Below are positions 36,911 to 45,568 of a DNA stretch of 64,000 bases, piece by piece (positions within the stretch are counted from its first letter, which is position 1; the number at the start of each line of letters is the position of its first letter). The stretch is from Bacteroidota bacterium (lineage in GTDB: Bacteria; Bacteroidota; Bacteroidia; Cytophagales; UBA9547), in the NCBI GenBank assembly GCA_041191405.1, contig JBEEOW010000017.1, forward strand, positions 10,317 to 74,316, written 5' to 3'. The notes below the pieces were generated by a model that was not told where the DNA came from, made no database searches, and saw nothing but the letters and a program-made list of their open reading frames with translations. A program made the translations under genes and the position numbers.

Positions 36911-37909
36911 AATTGCTCTCTGTCTCAATGCTTCATAAACAATTACCGCTGCAGAAACCGACACGTTTAACGAGCCAACTTTTCCGTGCATTGGTATTTT
37001 AACCATTTCGTCAGCTACACGAATAACTTCGTCAGAAATACCTGTTTCTTCTGAACCCATTACAATTGCAATTGGTTGAGAATAATCAAATTCGTACATC
37101 GTTTTCTTTGCTTTTTCGCTACAAGCAACCACTGCAATTCCTCTATCTTGTAGGTATTGAATGGTTTTTTGTAGATTATCTTCTCTGCACACTGGAATAA
37201 AATGCAAAGCCCCTGCTGATGTTTTTACAGCATCCGCATTGATTTGAGCATTTCCTCTTGCAGGAACTATAATGCCATCTAAACCAGCTACTTCTGCTGT
37301 ACGAGCTATTGCTCCAAAATTACGAACATCAGTAATATGGTCAGTAATTAATAAAAATGGAAGCTTTCCTTTTTCGTAGCAAGTATCAATAATATGATCT
37401 AATGTAGAATAAGTAATTGCAGAAATAAATGCTACCACACCTTGATGTGTAGCTCTCGTTAATGCATTTAATTTTTCAATTGGCACTTGCTGAACAGGAA
37501 TTTTAAAAGTCCTTGCAAGTGTCATAATTTCGGTGTGTTGAGTACCGCTTGCACCTTTTTGAAGTAATATTTTTTCAATTTCTTTACCTGCGTCAATTGC
37601 TTCAATAATCGGACGGGTACCAAAAATCATTTCTTCTTTGCTTGGAGCTGGTTTGGTGAAATGTTTACGAGGAGCTGAAAAACTACCTTCTCTACTTTCT
37701 CTGTTTGCAGCTTCTGAGCGACCCCCATCGCTTATTCTACTGCTTCCACTTGTTGGTCTTGAAAAACGAGTAGATTCGCCTTTGTTTTCAAAACTACGTC
37801 CGCCTTCTGGTCTCGAATAGCCACCTCTTTTTTCGCCACTTCTACCTTCGTTTCTATTGTCACCACCTTTGTAGTCTTTACGATCTACCTTATTAAACCT
37901 TTTCTCCAT
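36908..37909 (-). CDS. rlmB: 23S rRNA (guanosine-2'-O)-methyltransferase RlmB (SpoU/TrmH family) with ~95-aa Arg/Gly/Ser-rich N-terminal extension
   Basis: SpoU substrate-binding and methylase domains (IFGTRPIIEAI..., GAIARTAEVAGLDGIIV, VMGSEETGIS, IPMHGKVGSLNVSVSAAV). Confidence 0.88.
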   Translation of the reverse strand: MEKRFNKVDRKDYKGGDNRNEGRSGEKRGGYSRPEGGRSFENKGESTRFSRPTSGSSRISDGGRSEAANRESREGSFSAPRKHFTKPAPSKEEMIFGTRPIIEAIDAGKEIEKILLQKGASGTQHTEIMTLARTFKIPVQQVPIEKLNALTRATHQGVVAFISAITYSTLDHIIDTCYEKGKLPFLLITDHITDVRNFGAIARTAEVAGLDGIIVPARGNAQINADAVKTSAGALHFIPVCREDNLQKTIQYLQDRGIAVVACSEKAKKTMYEFDYSQPIAIVMGSEETGISDEVIRVADEMVKIPMHGKVGSLNVSVSAAVIVYEALRQRAI

Positions 37910-39090
37910 TTGTCAATTAATCCGTACCAAATTTCTTTATAATCACCTAGACGTTCCAAGTGTAAATTCCTTCCTTTTGTATAATTATCAGCTTTTGTAA
38001 AATAAAAGTTCAATTCATTGTACAAAGCATTTTTTTCATAACTCCAATCTTCGGCATTATTTTCTTGGTAAACCCTATCTGGCATACCAAAAATAATAAA
38101 AATCATGCCTTTGTCGGTTTGCCAACCTTCGGCAGAGGAGCTAAATAATTCATTTGCCAAAGTTACTCTTTGAAAATAACTTTTCATAAATCTTCTTGAT
38201 TGTTCTCTTGTTCCGTGAACAGTTAACAAGTAATCATCAAGTGAAAGTTTAAAATCTTTATTCTTTTTTAGATAAGTATCAACTTCTTCATCTGTACTAA
38301 TATAATGAAGTGGTTTTAATAAATCCTTTGCTTTGGTGTATTGAGGAAATGTTTTTATATCAGTACTATAGATATATGTTTGGTGTTCGGCAGCCGAAAT
38401 AATGTACGAACCAGCTTGGTTTGGTGCAAAATAGTGTCCGTTTTTAACCCAAAAACTTCTTATTTGTCTAATTGGCTTTTTCACATCGCCAGTAAACATG
38501 GGCGGCAAAGGAAATGAATCAGGCATAAAATGGCGAACCAAAACACTATCCAACGACGATTGTACTAAAAAACTATCTTTCACGGAGCAATAATTAGCCA
38601 TGTAAGGCAACTTCCCAGATTTACCTTTTAAAAGAGTATAGTTTTTTTGAGTGCTAGTCGGAATATTTAAATATTTTGCTGTAAATAATCTGTTGCCTCG
38701 AACTGTTTGTTTAAAACGAAGCGACATAAATGCCGTTTCTTTCTCAATTTTGGGCAAAGTTATTTTTACAACTGCATATTTATTATTGTAAAATAAATTG
38801 TCGGTACTTAAAACAACTGAATCTCGAACCAATGGAGGATTATCTTCTGGTTTTTCTTGTACATTCCATGATAAAGTCATTTCACCACTTTGTTCTAAAA
38901 AATCAAACAACATATCGTTACCTGCATAAGTGATATGCACATATAAATCAAAACCTCCATCTGCCCGAGGAACAAAGGTAGTTTTTGCTTGTTCAGCCAA
39001 GGGCATACGCCAAATTAACTTACTTTGCGAGTAAGCATTTTGTACCAAAATCAGGGCTAAAAACAACGTATAGAAATAAACTTTCAACAA
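37885..39090 (-). CDS. GWxTD domain-containing protein
   Basis: 401 aa. Signal peptide and diagnostic EGWQTDKGMIFIIFGMPD. TTG start as given by the track. Overlaps rlmB by 25 nt. Confidence 0.8.
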   Translation of the reverse strand: MLKVYFYTLFLALILVQNAYSQSKLIWRMPLAEQAKTTFVPRADGGFDLYVHITYAGNDMLFDFLEQSGEMTLSWNVQEKPEDNPPLVRDSVVLSTDNLFYNNKYAVVKITLPKIEKETAFMSLRFKQTVRGNRLFTAKYLNIPTSTQKNYTLLKGKSGKLPYMANYCSVKDSFLVQSSLDSVLVRHFMPDSFPLPPMFTGDVKKPIRQIRSFWVKNGHYFAPNQAGSYIISAAEHQTYIYSTDIKTFPQYTKAKDLLKPLHYISTDEEVDTYLKKNKDFKLSLDDYLLTVHGTREQSRRFMKSYFQRVTLANELFSSSAEGWQTDKGMIFIIFGMPDRVYQENNAEDWSYEKNALYNELNFYFTKADNYTKGRNLHLERLGDYKEIWYGLIDKWRKGLIR

Positions 39091-39192
39091 ACCTTATCAA
39101 TATTTTACCATAAAGTTGCAATATTTTTTTAATAAAGCTTAATTTGTGAAAGTATTTGCTTCAAAATTTAGTTTTTATTTAGATAAAAGGAT

Positions 39193-39969
39193 ATGTCAAC
39201 ACATTATACAACCGAGATTGCTTCTGCTGAAATTCCATCAGACAATCCTGTACATCAAAGACTTAGATATGCTTACGTGGCAGCAACTCAGTTTGTACAA
39301 GGCGATTTATTAGAGATAGGTTGCGGAGATGGTCGTGGTGTTGAATTACTACATCCTTTGGTAAAATCGTACACTGCCATTGATAAAAATGATTTATTGA
39401 TAGCTCAGTTAGGGAAAAAATATCCAGACATAAAATTTATCTCCACTTTTGTTCCTCCACTTGCTGATTTACCAGATAATAGTTTTGATACTGTGGTAAC
39501 TTTTCAAGTTATTGAGCACATTGGGCCAGATAAAGAATTTGTAAAAGAAATTCACAGAGTATTACGCCCAGGAGGAAAAGCATTGATAAGTACAGTGAAC
39601 CGTAAATTTTCACTAGCTCGTAACCCTTGGCATGTACGTGAATATTATGCTGATACATTAAAACAATTATTAGCAAAGCATTTTACCAAAATCACCACCA
39701 AAGGTGTTCATGGAAATGCAGATGTAATGGCATATTATGAACAAAACAAAAAAGAAGTTCAAAAAATAACTCGTTTTGATATTTTCAATATGCAATGGTG
39801 GTTACCAGCGGCTATTTTGAGAGTTCCTTATGATTATTTGAATCGTAGAAACAGAAAAAATTTAATGGTTGATAATGATAGTTTAGTTGCAAAAATCACA
39901 ACTGACGACTTCTTCTTAACAGACACACCTGCAGATTCTCTTGATTTATATTTTATAGTTGAGAAATAA
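39193..39969 (+). CDS. Class I SAM-dependent methyltransferase
   Basis: 258 aa. Motif I LLEIGCGDGRG, then VVTFQVIEH and LRPGGKALIST. Confidence 0.85.
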   Translation: MSTHYTTEIASAEIPSDNPVHQRLRYAYVAATQFVQGDLLEIGCGDGRGVELLHPLVKSYTAIDKNDLLIAQLGKKYPDIKFISTFVPPLADLPDNSFDTVVTFQVIEHIGPDKEFVKEIHRVLRPGGKALISTVNRKFSLARNPWHVREYYADTLKQLLAKHFTKITTKGVHGNADVMAYYEQNKKEVQKITRFDIFNMQWWLPAAILRVPYDYLNRRNRKNLMVDNDSLVAKITTDDFFLTDTPADSLDLYFIVEK

Positions 39970-39978
39970 AAATTAGAG

Positions 39979-40010
39979 AGCCATTCAAGTAAAATTGGAT
40001 GGCTTTTTTT
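39979..40010 (+). terminator. Rho-independent terminator after the methyltransferase
   Basis: AGCCATTCA / TGGATGGCT stem (one wobble), 8-nt loop, TTTTTTT. Confidence 0.75.
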
Positions 40011-40018
40011 GTGAATTT

Positions 40019-40336
40019 ATGATGAAAAATAAAATCTTAAAATTTCAATACGTAGCAATTTTAATTGTTTCAATATTTTTATTTTTCAAACATCAAGAGT
40101 TTGTTAAATTATTAATCTTAACTGAAGATTCTTCATGTTTCAAACTTAAATATCTAGAAACTAAAACCATATTAGATTTTGCAATTTATACATCAGTATT
40201 TGCTTTTTTATTAAAAATATACCTTGACATTAAAGGAAAAAGTTACATTTCATTATTGCCATTTATTTTAATTGTAACAATACCATTATTCCTTTTTATT
40301 TATGAAAAATACAATGAAATTTATTTCAAATGTTAG
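40019..40336 (+). CDS. Hypothetical small membrane protein
   Basis: Three hydrophobic helices. I prefer the ATG at 40019 because the track's TTG at 39995 lies inside the terminator hairpin. Confidence 0.4.
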   Translation: MMKNKILKFQYVAILIVSIFLFFKHQEFVKLLILTEDSSCFKLKYLETKTILDFAIYTSVFAFLLKIYLDIKGKSYISLLPFILIVTIPLFLFIYEKYNEIYFKC

Positions 40337-40347
40337 GTTTCGTTTAA

Positions 40348-40611
40348 TTAATAATGACCTTTCGCTGAATGAATTATTGCAAAATTTTCTTCTATAGAAT
40401 ACACAATTCTGTCTTCATTATTGATTCTTCTAGACCATTTGCCTGCAAGTTGATGTTTTAAGGGTTCTGGTTTTCCTGTACCTTCGTATGGATGATCACA
40501 AATTTCAGTAAGTAGTACTGCAATTTTTCTCAACAAAGATTTATTTCCACTTTTTTTGTGCTCATCTATATCATTTTGAGCATCTTTAGAAATTTTTAAC
40601 TCAAAAGCCAT
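40348..40611 (-). CDS. yoeB: Type II toxin, YoeB/Txe family mRNA interferase
   Basis: 87 aa. [31 protein letters not shown]...GHY is near-identical in pattern to E. coli YoeB ([31 protein letters not shown]...YHY). Confidence 0.92.
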   Translation of the reverse strand: [87 protein letters not shown]

Positions 40612-40823
40612 TACAAACCAAGCAAATTGTTTATATCATCTTTTTTTACAGTAATATAATTTCTGTCCTTAATTTGTTCTTCACTTTTTTTGATTTTTGA
40701 AACAAATTTAGGGTCATATTTTTTCTCATTGCTTACTGTAAATTTTATTTTAAGTGCTTTAAGTAAAGCTTTTACAGTATCAAGTTGACTATCGTCATTT
40801 AGGTTTAAGGTTACAGAGTTCAT
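40611..40823 (-). CDS. Cognate antitoxin, not Phd/YefM-like (possibly DUF2683-type)
   Basis: 70 aa. Its stop overlaps the toxin start (TAATG). Position and size fit an antitoxin. The family assignment is from memory only. Confidence 0.6.
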   Translation of the reverse strand: MNSVTLNLNDDSQLDTVKALLKALKIKFTVSNEKKYDPKFVSKIKKSEEQIKDRNYITVKKDDINNLLGL

Positions 40824-41035
40824 TTTAGAATATTTTTATTATTTATGTCTATAAAACTTAGATATTTATTTTAAGTTCAAAAATAGATAAAAATAATTAA
40901 TAATTTGAAATGAATTTTATTTGATTAACACCTTAAAATTGACTCAACAAAATTTTTATTTAAATTTTCAATTCATATTTCAAAAATCCTACAACAAAAA
41001 ATACAATTCATCGCTTAATATCTCTAATTAATTAC

Positions 41036-41043
41036 TATATTTG
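41036..41043 (+). promoter_or_regulatory. Candidate -7 box (TATATTTG) for dnaN
   Basis: TAnnTTTG match 32 nt upstream of the dnaN ATG. Confidence 0.45.
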
Positions 41044-41074
41044 TAGCTTAAGTATTATTATATAAATAACGAAG

Positions 41075-42202
41075 ATGAAATTCGTAGTTTCTTCCCAAAC
41101 ATTACTTAACCAGTTAAATGCATTATATGGTGTAGTTACCACTAATCCTGTTGTGCCTATTTTAGAGAATTTTCTTTTTGAATTAGGTGATAATAGCTTG
41201 GTAATTACAGCTTCTGACTTGCAGACTTCCATTGTTGCGGAGATGACTGTTGAGTCAAAATCAAGTGTAAGTATTTGTGTGCCAGCAAAATTATTGATTG
41301 ACACACTTAAAAACTTACCAGAACAACCTGTTACTTTCACTATCGACGAAAATACTTACAGTATTGAGTTGAGTTCAGATAATGGTAGATACAAGCTTGC
41401 TGGCGAAAACGCTACAGACTTCCCTCGTATTCCTGCTGTAAAAAATGGTTTCTCTGTTAATGTATCTTCTGATGTATTAGCTCAAGCTATTTCGTGCACT
41501 ATGTTTGCGACAAGTACTGATGATATGCGTCCTGCTATGACTGGTGTTTACTTTAGTTTAGGTGAAAGTTATTCTACTTTTGCTGCAACTGATGGACATC
41601 GTTTGGTTCGTTATCGTAGAGTTGATGTTACTTCTGACAGTGGTATGTCGATTATTATTCCTCGTAAAGCATTGAGCTTATTGGAAAAATCGTTACCAAA
41701 AGAAAATGCTAATATCGAAGTTGAGTTCAATCCTTCAAATGCATATTTCAGTTTCAACAATATCAAAATGATTTGTAGATTGATAGATGAGCGTTTCCCT
41801 GATTTTGAAAACGCAATTCCTCTTGATAATCCAAATGTATTGACAATTGACAAAGCTGAGTTAATTAGTTCTTTAAAACGTATTCAAATTTACGCTAACA
41901 AAACTACGCATCAAGTTAGATTAAAAATCTCTGGTTCTGAATTGCAAATTTCAGCAGAGGATTTAGATTTCTCTAATGAGGCAAATGAGCGTTTAGCTTG
42001 TGAATATTCTGGTGAGGATATGGAGATTGGTTTTAACTCAAAATTATTAATTGAGGTATTAAACAATATCACTCCAAGAATGATTAAATTAAATATGTCA
42101 ACACCAAGTAGAGCTGGTATTATTACTCCTCTTGAAAATGGTGAAAATGAGGATTTATTAATGTTGGTAATGCCAGTGTTATTAAACTCTGTTTCGGCAT
42201 AA
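41075..42202 (+). CDS. dnaN: DNA polymerase III subunit beta (sliding clamp)
   Basis: 375 aa. MKFVVSSQTLLNQL..., ATDGHRLV, and a three-domain length. Confidence 0.95.
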   Translation: MKFVVSSQTLLNQLNALYGVVTTNPVVPILENFLFELGDNSLVITASDLQTSIVAEMTVESKSSVSICVPAKLLIDTLKNLPEQPVTFTIDENTYSIELSSDNGRYKLAGENATDFPRIPAVKNGFSVNVSSDVLAQAISCTMFATSTDDMRPAMTGVYFSLGESYSTFAATDGHRLVRYRRVDVTSDSGMSIIIPRKALSLLEKSLPKENANIEVEFNPSNAYFSFNNIKMICRLIDERFPDFENAIPLDNPNVLTIDKAELISSLKRIQIYANKTTHQVRLKISGSELQISAEDLDFSNEANERLACEYSGEDMEIGFNSKLLIEVLNNITPRMIKLNMSTPSRAGIITPLENGENEDLLMLVMPVLLNSVSA

Positions 42203-42244
42203 TTAAATAGACTGAAGACTAAAGACATAAGAATTAAGAATTAT
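42203..42244. repeat. Purine-rich tandem heptamer tract immediately after the dnaN stop
   Basis: TTAAATA GACTGAA GACTAAA GACATAA GAATTAA GAATTAT. Stops at 42200 (native), 42204 and 42208 close all three frames within 11 nt. Confidence 0.7.
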
Positions 42245-42271
42245 TTCTTTTAAAATAATTAATATAAAAAC

Positions 42272-42313
42272 AAAAATGCCTAGCAATGTAAAATTTGCTA
42301 GGCATTTTTGGTT
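42272..42313 (+). terminator. Rho-independent terminator (perfect 15-bp stem)
   Basis: AAAAATGCCTAGCAA-TGTAAAAT-TTGCTAGGCATTTTT followed by GGTTT. Confidence 0.85.
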
Positions 42314-42331
42314 TATAACTTTTTTAATTTT

Positions 42332-42376
42332 CATGGGTTAAAACCCATGGCTATGATATCTTCGTCCCTATGGGAC
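42332..42376. repeat. Pair of short GC-rich hairpins (REP-like)
   Basis: CATGGGTT/AACCCATG (42332-49) and GTCCC-TAT-GGGAC (42364-76). Confidence 0.5.
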
Positions 42377-42390
42377 TAATCGTTTATTAA

Positions 42391-42446
42391 CTGATTACCG
42401 AAAACTGACAACTGAAAACCCTTAACTCTCAATCCTTAACTCTTTA
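42391..42446. repeat. Eight-unit heptamer tract spanning the 3' end of the RND permease CDS
   Basis: CTGATTA CCGAAAA CTGACAA CTGAAAA CCCTTAA CTCTCAA TCCTTAA CTCTTTA. The last four units encode (minus strand) the C-terminal ..YKELRIES and the stop. Confidence 0.75.
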
Positions 42447-45400
42447 TACGCCGGTTCAAGTAATTCTGGTTCAATGTTTTCCTTGTTCCAAATTTTGTAA
42501 AAGAATACTCTTATATCACTAAAAATGAGTATCAAACATGGGAAAAATAATAAAGTAAATATGGTAACAAAAAATAATCCCCAAGCTATTGATACCGCCA
42601 TTGGTATTAGAAATTGTGCCTGACGACTTTTTTCAAGTATTAATGGATACAAACCAACTATGTTTGCAAATGAGTTTAAGGCTATGGCTCTAAATCTTGA
42701 CACACCAGCATTATAAATTGCATCGTGAATTTTCATTCCTTCGGCAATGTTTCGGTTAAATGTATCTAAAAACACAACCGAATCATTTACCACAATTCCT
42801 GCAAGGGCAATGATACCATAAAAACTAAGTACTGAAATAGGTTTATCTTCAATGCCATGTCCTAAAAATGCACCAAATACACCCAATGGAATCATTAAAA
42901 ATATTAGTACTGTTTGAGATTTTGACCTAAATGTTAATATAATTGTGATAATTAAAAAGGCAATTGCCATTGGGAAAACTTTTTTTGCTGATTTCGCAAA
43001 TTTTTGGGTTTCTTTGTCTTGCCCTTCCATTACAATATGAATATCAGGATATTTGCTTTCTATTTGAGGAATTAACTCAGCTTTTATTTTTTCAACAATA
43101 GGAGGGAGAGGTTCTTTTTGATTCGCTAAATCGGCTTCTACTTTTATTTCCCTAGCTCCATTGGCGTGGTTTATACTTACAACACCTCTTTCAATTTCAA
43201 AATCAGCCAAAGAGGTGAGTGGATATTCTTTATCTGCAACTTTAATGTTTACATTTTCAAGTTGAAAAATATCTTTTCTTTCAATATTCGGGTATCGTAC
43301 CCAAACTTTAACTTCATCTTTGCCAACTTGTAATTTCTGTGCTTCTTCACCCCAAAAGCCTTGTCTTATTTGTTTTGCAATATCCGCAGTTGTTAAGCCT
43401 AAAAAATAAGCATTTGGTTTAAGTTTTAGTGAAATTTCTCTTCTACCTACTAAATTATTATCAACTACATCTTTTAAGGTTGAAAAGTTTTTAAGTGCTA
43501 GTTTGAATTCATTTTTTGCTAGTTCTAATGCTTCAAGATTTTTCCCTCGTAAACTCACTACTATAGGTTTCCCGAAAATTTGTTTTGTACCAATGGTGAA
43601 TTTCTCTGCACCAATAATGTTACCCACTTTTTCTCTTATCGCCTCAGTAATTTCATAACTATACTGATTTCTAATTTCACCATTGAGTAATTGGATATCA
43701 ATATTGCCTTTTTCTTCACTGCCATCTTTGCCTATTTCTATTCTAACAGACTCGATAACAGATAATTTATCATCTCTTTTTGCAGAAATTTGCTTGTTTA
43801 CTTCCCAAATGTCGTTTTCAATTTCTTTAAGAATAGATTCAGTTTGTGTGGCTCTAGCTCCTGGTTGTAAAGCCAATTCAATTGTATTATTGTCGCCATC
43901 CACAAAAGGGAAAAAGGTTGATTGTATAAAATCTCCTTTCATTAATCCTAAAGTAATTACAATAAATGCAATTGCAAATGCGAGTGGTAAATATTTGTTT
44001 TGTAGTAATTTTAGCAATGTTTTTCCATAAAAATCAATTCTTATTTTTTCAATTAATTTTTCGGTAAATACTCGTAATTTATTTTTAGGTTTTGGTTCAA
44101 ATGCTTTTGAATGAGCTAAATGGGAAGGTAAAAAGAAAGCAGCATCCAATAACGAAATCCCCAAACACGCCACCACAACTAATGCCATGTCCCAAAACAT
44201 TTCGCCCATTACACCATCTAAAAAGAAAAATGGACTAAACATCACCATGGTTGCAAAAACGGAGGTAAACACCGAAGGGAAAACTTCCCAAGTTCCATCA
44301 ATGGCAGCTTGTGTTCTGGATTTTCCCATTTCGTAATGCGTAAACACATTTTCTGAAATCACAATGGCATCATCAACCAAAATTCCAGAAACCAAAATCA
44401 TCCCAAAAAGCGAAACAGAATTAATAGTTATACCACAATAATAAGCAATGATAAACATGCCCATGTATGAAATTGGAATGCCGAAAGCTACCCAAAATGC
44501 AATTCGTGTATTTAAAAATAAGCCTAAAAGTATCAGAATTAATGCTAATCCAGTCCAACCATCTTGAACCAATAAATCAATTCGTTCTTTTACAATTTTT
44601 GAGGTATCATTTAAAACCGTTAATTTAATATGTTGGTTATTATTGCTTTTGTTGAAATTTGTTACATATTGATTTACTGTATTGGCAACATCAAGTAAAT
44701 CTTCATCAATAGTTTTGTTAATGTTAATAATTACACTTCTTTTTTGGTTAAAAAGCGTTTTATTGGGTATTTCTGCAAATTGAAGTTTAACATTGGCAAT
44801 GTCTTTAAGTTGAACCAAAGCAGCATTGTTATTTGATTTTATTACAATATTTTGAATATGTTCAACACTTGCCGATTTGTTTTTGAATCGAATTAATAAC
44901 TCTTCTTTTGCACCTTTTAAAGCTCCGGCAGTAATGTCGATATTGTTTCTTTTGATGGCATTGGCAATGTCATCAAATGTAATGTGGTATTTTTTTAGAT
45001 TTGCTTCATTTACTTCTATAGCTATTTCTTGGCTTGGTAAACCTTTGATTTCTAATTGAGTAATAATGTTGGTTGCCAATAAATCATCTTCAATTTTATC
45101 AGCTTGTAGTTTCAGGGTTTCTAGTGAAACATCTTTGCCTTGTAAAACTATGGTAGCAACTCTATCGGTGTATCTAACTTTAAAAATTGCAGGTTTTTCA
45201 GCTCCAACTGGGAAAGAGTTTATCTTGTCAATTGTGTTTTTTACATTGCTTAATAATTCGTCAGTATCAAATCCTTTTTTCCCTTCGATATAAATTATTG
45301 CTCCGTTTTCTTTTGAGGTTGAATTGATTTGTTCAATGCCTTGCATGCCTCTTAAAGCATTTTCGGCTTTCAAAACCATACCTTCTTCAATTTCTTGAGG

Positions 45401-45568
45401 TGATGATCCTGGAAAAATTAACTGAACACTTATAACTCTTGATTCAACTTCGGGGAAATAACTTACTTTCATTGAAAGCATGCAAATAAGGCCCACAATT
45501 AAAATGGATGCAATCAGTAGCTGACCCCAAATTGGATATTTTACAAAAAGTCCTACTAATTTTTTCAT
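42422..45568 (-). CDS. RND efflux transporter permease (AcrB/HAE family)
   Basis: 1048 aa, 12-TM architecture with two large periplasmic loops. Typical motifs GILVDDAIV and GIVVNDSVV. Confidence 0.92.
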   Translation of the reverse strand: MKKLVGLFVKYPIWGQLLIASILIVGLICMLSMKVSYFPEVESRVISVQLIFPGSSPQEIEEGMVLKAENALRGMQGIEQINSTSKENGAIIYIEGKKGFDTDELLSNVKNTIDKINSFPVGAEKPAIFKVRYTDRVATIVLQGKDVSLETLKLQADKIEDDLLATNIITQLEIKGLPSQEIAIEVNEANLKKYHITFDDIANAIKRNNIDITAGALKGAKEELLIRFKNKSASVEHIQNIVIKSNNNAALVQLKDIANVKLQFAEIPNKTLFNQKRSVIININKTIDEDLLDVANTVNQYVTNFNKSNNNQHIKLTVLNDTSKIVKERIDLLVQDGWTGLALILILLGLFLNTRIAFWVAFGIPISYMGMFIIAYYCGITINSVSLFGMILVSGILVDDAIVISENVFTHYEMGKSRTQAAIDGTWEVFPSVFTSVFATMVMFSPFFFLDGVMGEMFWDMALVVVACLGISLLDAAFFLPSHLAHSKAFEPKPKNKLRVFTEKLIEKIRIDFYGKTLLKLLQNKYLPLAFAIAFIVITLGLMKGDFIQSTFFPFVDGDNNTIELALQPGARATQTESILKEIENDIWEVNKQISAKRDDKLSVIESVRIEIGKDGSEEKGNIDIQLLNGEIRNQYSYEITEAIREKVGNIIGAEKFTIGTKQIFGKPIVVSLRGKNLEALELAKNEFKLALKNFSTLKDVVDNNLVGRREISLKLKPNAYFLGLTTADIAKQIRQGFWGEEAQKLQVGKDEVKVWVRYPNIERKDIFQLENVNIKVADKEYPLTSLADFEIERGVVSINHANGAREIKVEADLANQKEPLPPIVEKIKAELIPQIESKYPDIHIVMEGQDKETQKFAKSAKKVFPMAIAFLIITIILTFRSKSQTVLIFLMIPLGVFGAFLGHGIEDKPISVLSFYGIIALAGIVVNDSVVFLDTFNRNIAEGMKIHDAIYNAGVSRFRAIALNSFANIVGLYPLILEKSRQAQFLIPMAVSIAWGLFFVTIFTLLFFPCLILIFSDIRVFFYKIWNKENIEPELLEPAYKELRIES

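Noticed and set aside
40824-41074. Possible oriC next to dnaN
   Set aside because: The spacer is AT-rich, but I could find no TTATCCACA-type DnaA boxes and no dnaA gene adjacent. dnaN is not linked to the origin in many Bacteroidota.
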